Below are positions 60,809 through 64,000 of a stretch of 64,000 bases of DNA, piece after piece. Location: NCBI GenBank assembly GCA_040414865.1, contig JBEDUR010000133.1:1104-65103 (forward strand), given 5' to 3'. The stretch's first letter is position 1, and each line of letters starts with the position of its first letter. A model generated the notes under the pieces. That model was not told the origin of the DNA, did no database searches, and saw nothing but the letters and a program-made list of their open reading frames with translations. The position numbers were made by a program, and so were the translations under genes. Source of the stretch: Acidimicrobiales bacterium. Lineage in GTDB: Bacteria > Actinomycetota > Acidimicrobiia > Acidimicrobiales > RAAP-2.

Positions 60809-61273
60809 ATGGGAGTTCCAGCGCCAGCCGGACCGGCCGATCCCTTCGCCGGTGGCCAGGAGAGCGGTCGGGGTCGCATGGAGACTGAGAAGCTCTGCGT
60901 CAATCTGTCAGCGGCCGAGATCGGCAAGATCGACGTCCTCGTCGCCCGAGGGCTGTACATGAACCGCAGTGACGTGGTGCGCGGCGGACTGGCCAGGGTC
61001 TTCGCCGAGCACGATCGGGAGATCGAGGGGGTTCGCCATCGGCTGGTCGCCACCCTCGGCTACAACCGCATGAGCCGTGAGCAGCTGGAGAACGCCGTGG
61101 CCGCCGGGCAGACGCTCAACTTCAAGGTGATCGGGATCCTCGAGGTCGCCCCCGACGTGACCCCCGAGCTGGCCCTGAAGGGGGTCCACGAGATCTTCCT
61201 CTTGGGGTCGTTCCGCGGGCCGCGGCCGGTGCTCGATGCCTTGGCCGACCGGGTGACGAGGCGGGTGATCTAG
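60809..61273 (+). CDS. Ribbon-helix-helix (CopG/Arc/MetJ-like) domain protein with an uncharacterised C-terminal domain
   Basis: KLCVNLSAAEIGKIDVLVARGLYMNRSDVVRGGLARVFAEH fits the beta-strand/helix/helix RHH pattern. ATG at 60809 lies 6 nt after GGAG; an alternative ATG at 60878 gives METEKL. Confidence 0.6.
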   Translation: MGVPAPAGPADPFAGGQESGRGRMETEKLCVNLSAAEIGKIDVLVARGLYMNRSDVVRGGLARVFAEHDREIEGVRHRLVATLGYNRMSREQLENAVAAGQTLNFKVIGILEVAPDVTPELALKGVHEIFLLGSFRGPRPVLDALADRVTRRVI

Positions 61274-61297
61274 CGCGTCGTGCCCCAGCCAGGCCGG

Positions 61298-61326
61298 TTG
61301 CCGAGGCCGCCCGGGACCGCTATCGT
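61298..61326 (+). promoter_or_regulatory. Candidate groES-groEL promoter
   Basis: TTGCCG (61298-61303), 17-nt spacer, TATCGT (61321-61326), immediately abutting the CIRCE element. Confidence 0.45.
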
Positions 61327-61353
61327 TTGGCACTCACAAGGTTCGAGTGCTAA
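61327..61353 (+). promoter_or_regulatory. CIRCE operator (HrcA binding site)
   Basis: TTGGCACTC-N9-GAGTGCTAA. There is one mismatch to the consensus TTAGCACTC-N9-GAGTGCTAA. It lies 25 nt upstream of the groES ATG. Confidence 0.9.
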
Positions 61354-61377
61354 CGAGCGCCAAGGAGGCCCTCACCG

Positions 61378-61674
61378 ATGAATCTGCAACCGCTCGAGGA
61401 CCGCATCGTCGTCCGCCCCGGCGAATCGGAGGAAACCACGGCATCGGGCCTCGTCATCCCGGACACCGCCAAGGAGAAGCCCCAGCAGGGCGAGGTGCTC
61501 GCCGTCGGACCCGGCCGGCGGGCCGAAAACACCGGTGAGCTGATCGCCCTGGACGTGGCGGTGGGCGACTCGGTCGTCTACTCCAAGTACGGCGGCACCG
61601 AGATCACCGTCGAGGGTGAGGACCTGCTCATCCTCTCGGCCCGAGACGTGCTGGCCAAGGTCGTCAAGAAGTAG
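61378..61674 (+). CDS. groES: Co-chaperonin GroES
   Basis: 98 aa. [46 protein letters not shown]. Confidence 0.97.
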   Translation: MNLQPLEDRIVVRPGESEETTASGLVIPDTAKEKPQQGEVLAVGPGRRAENTGELIALDVAVGDSVVYSKYGGTEITVEGEDLLILSARDVLAKVVKK

Positions 61675-61687
61675 CCCCAAGCGGTAG

Positions 61688-63391
<1,704 letters not shown>

Positions 63392-63425
63392 TCGTCCCCA
63401 TCCCCGGGGCCGTAGCTTGAGGTTG

Positions 63426-64000
63426 ATGTCGAACATCCCGCCGGGCGACCCGGCCCGTCCGGAGGCACGGAACTCGCCGGTTGGCGGCCCCGCACCGTGG
63501 TCCACGCTCTCGCCCGAGCGGCGCAGGCCGATCCCGCTCTCGACCGTGCTCGGCGCGCTGGAGCGGGCCGGCCAGGTTGGCCCCGGCCCCACGCCGAGCG
63601 GCCCCGGCTCAACCCCGGGACGACTCGGTGTCGCGCCCGGTGACGCCGGCGGCGACTCCGTACCCGCCGCTGTCCTGGTCCCCCTGTTCGAGGAACACGG
63701 CGAGGCGCGGGTCCTCCTCACCCATCGCTCCGAGGACCTGCGTACCCACCGTGGTCAGGTCAGCTTCCCGGGCGGCCGCTTGGAAGCCGGAGAGGACGCC
63801 CCGGCGGCCGCCTTGCGCGAGGCCGAGGAAGAGGTCGGGATCGAGCCCTCGACGGTGCGAGTGGTCGGGTGGCTGCACCCGCTCTTTACCATGCAGGCCA
63901 CCCTGGTGCTGCCGGTGGTGGGGGTGATCGACGAGCGCCCGTCGGTGCGGGCCAACCCCTCCGAGGTGGCTCGGGTCTTCGACGTCGAACTGGCCGAGCT
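63426..64000 (+). CDS. NUDIX hydrolase, CoA-pyrophosphatase-like; 3-prime end beyond the window
   Basis: Translation from the ATG after GAGG reads MSNIPPGDPA...AAVLVPLFEEHGEARVLLTHRSEDLRTHRGQVSFPGGRLEAGEDAPAAALREAEEEVGI (Nudix box GX5EX7REUXEEXGU). It is not in the ORF track because no stop occurs before position 64000. Confidence 0.75.
   Translation, partial: MSNIPPGDPARPEARNSPVGGPAPWSTLSPERRRPIPLSTVLGALERAGQVGPGPTPSGPGSTPGRLGVAPGDAGGDSVPAAVLVPLFEEHGEARVLLTHRSEDLRTHRGQVSFPGGRLEAGEDAPAAALREAEEEVGIEPSTVRVVGWLHPLFTMQATLVLPVVGVIDERPSVRANPSEVARVFDVELAE

Overview
High-GC chromosomal segment with Actinomycetota-type gene order. A hand count gives about 42 G+C per 60-nt line in core genes. The window is dominated by the translation/transcription gene cluster, in this order: tRNA-Thr, tRNA-Met, rpmG, tRNA-Trp, secE-nusG, rplK-rplA, rplJ-rplL, rpoB-rpoC, rpsL-rpsG-fusA-tuf, the S10/spc/alpha ribosomal-protein operons (rpsJ through rplQ), truA, rplM-rpsI, glmM, glmS, acpS, nnr, alr, tsaE-tsaB-rimI-tsaD and groES-groEL (with a CIRCE operator). 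The rpoC product carries the coiled-coil beta-prime insertion typical of Actinobacteria. I saw no rRNA, CRISPR array, transposase or integrase. Many long antisense or off-frame ORFs in the supplied track are high-GC artefacts. All protein calls come from reading the translations and recognising family motifs; no database search was run. Start codons were chosen from N-terminal family fit, Shine-Dalgarno spacing and stop/start overlaps. Points worth a second look: (1) the normally collinear core is interrupted by accessory blocks. A lower-GC VOC/PPOX/SRPBCC block splits rpsJ from rplC. A crotonase/nucleotidyltransferase/MFS block splits map from infA. A hydrolase plus family-4 UDG lie between alr and tsaE. 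A 6.4-kb block lies between tsaD and groES. (2) That 6.4-kb block holds a tightly coupled SDR / QueA-family / SufR-like regulator / RDD operon, convergent with an ABC-2 exporter. The exporter shares a 36-bp AT-rich divergent control region with a ribbon-helix-helix protein. (3) Several ribosomal proteins (uL22, uS3, uL29, also uL10, uL4 and NusG) carry long charged low-complexity extensions, two of them containing perfect in-frame tandem DNA repeats. (4) infA appears to lack a canonical start codon at the expected position. I cannot point to a clearly defined new system; the QueA-family operon and the r-protein tails are my best candidates.
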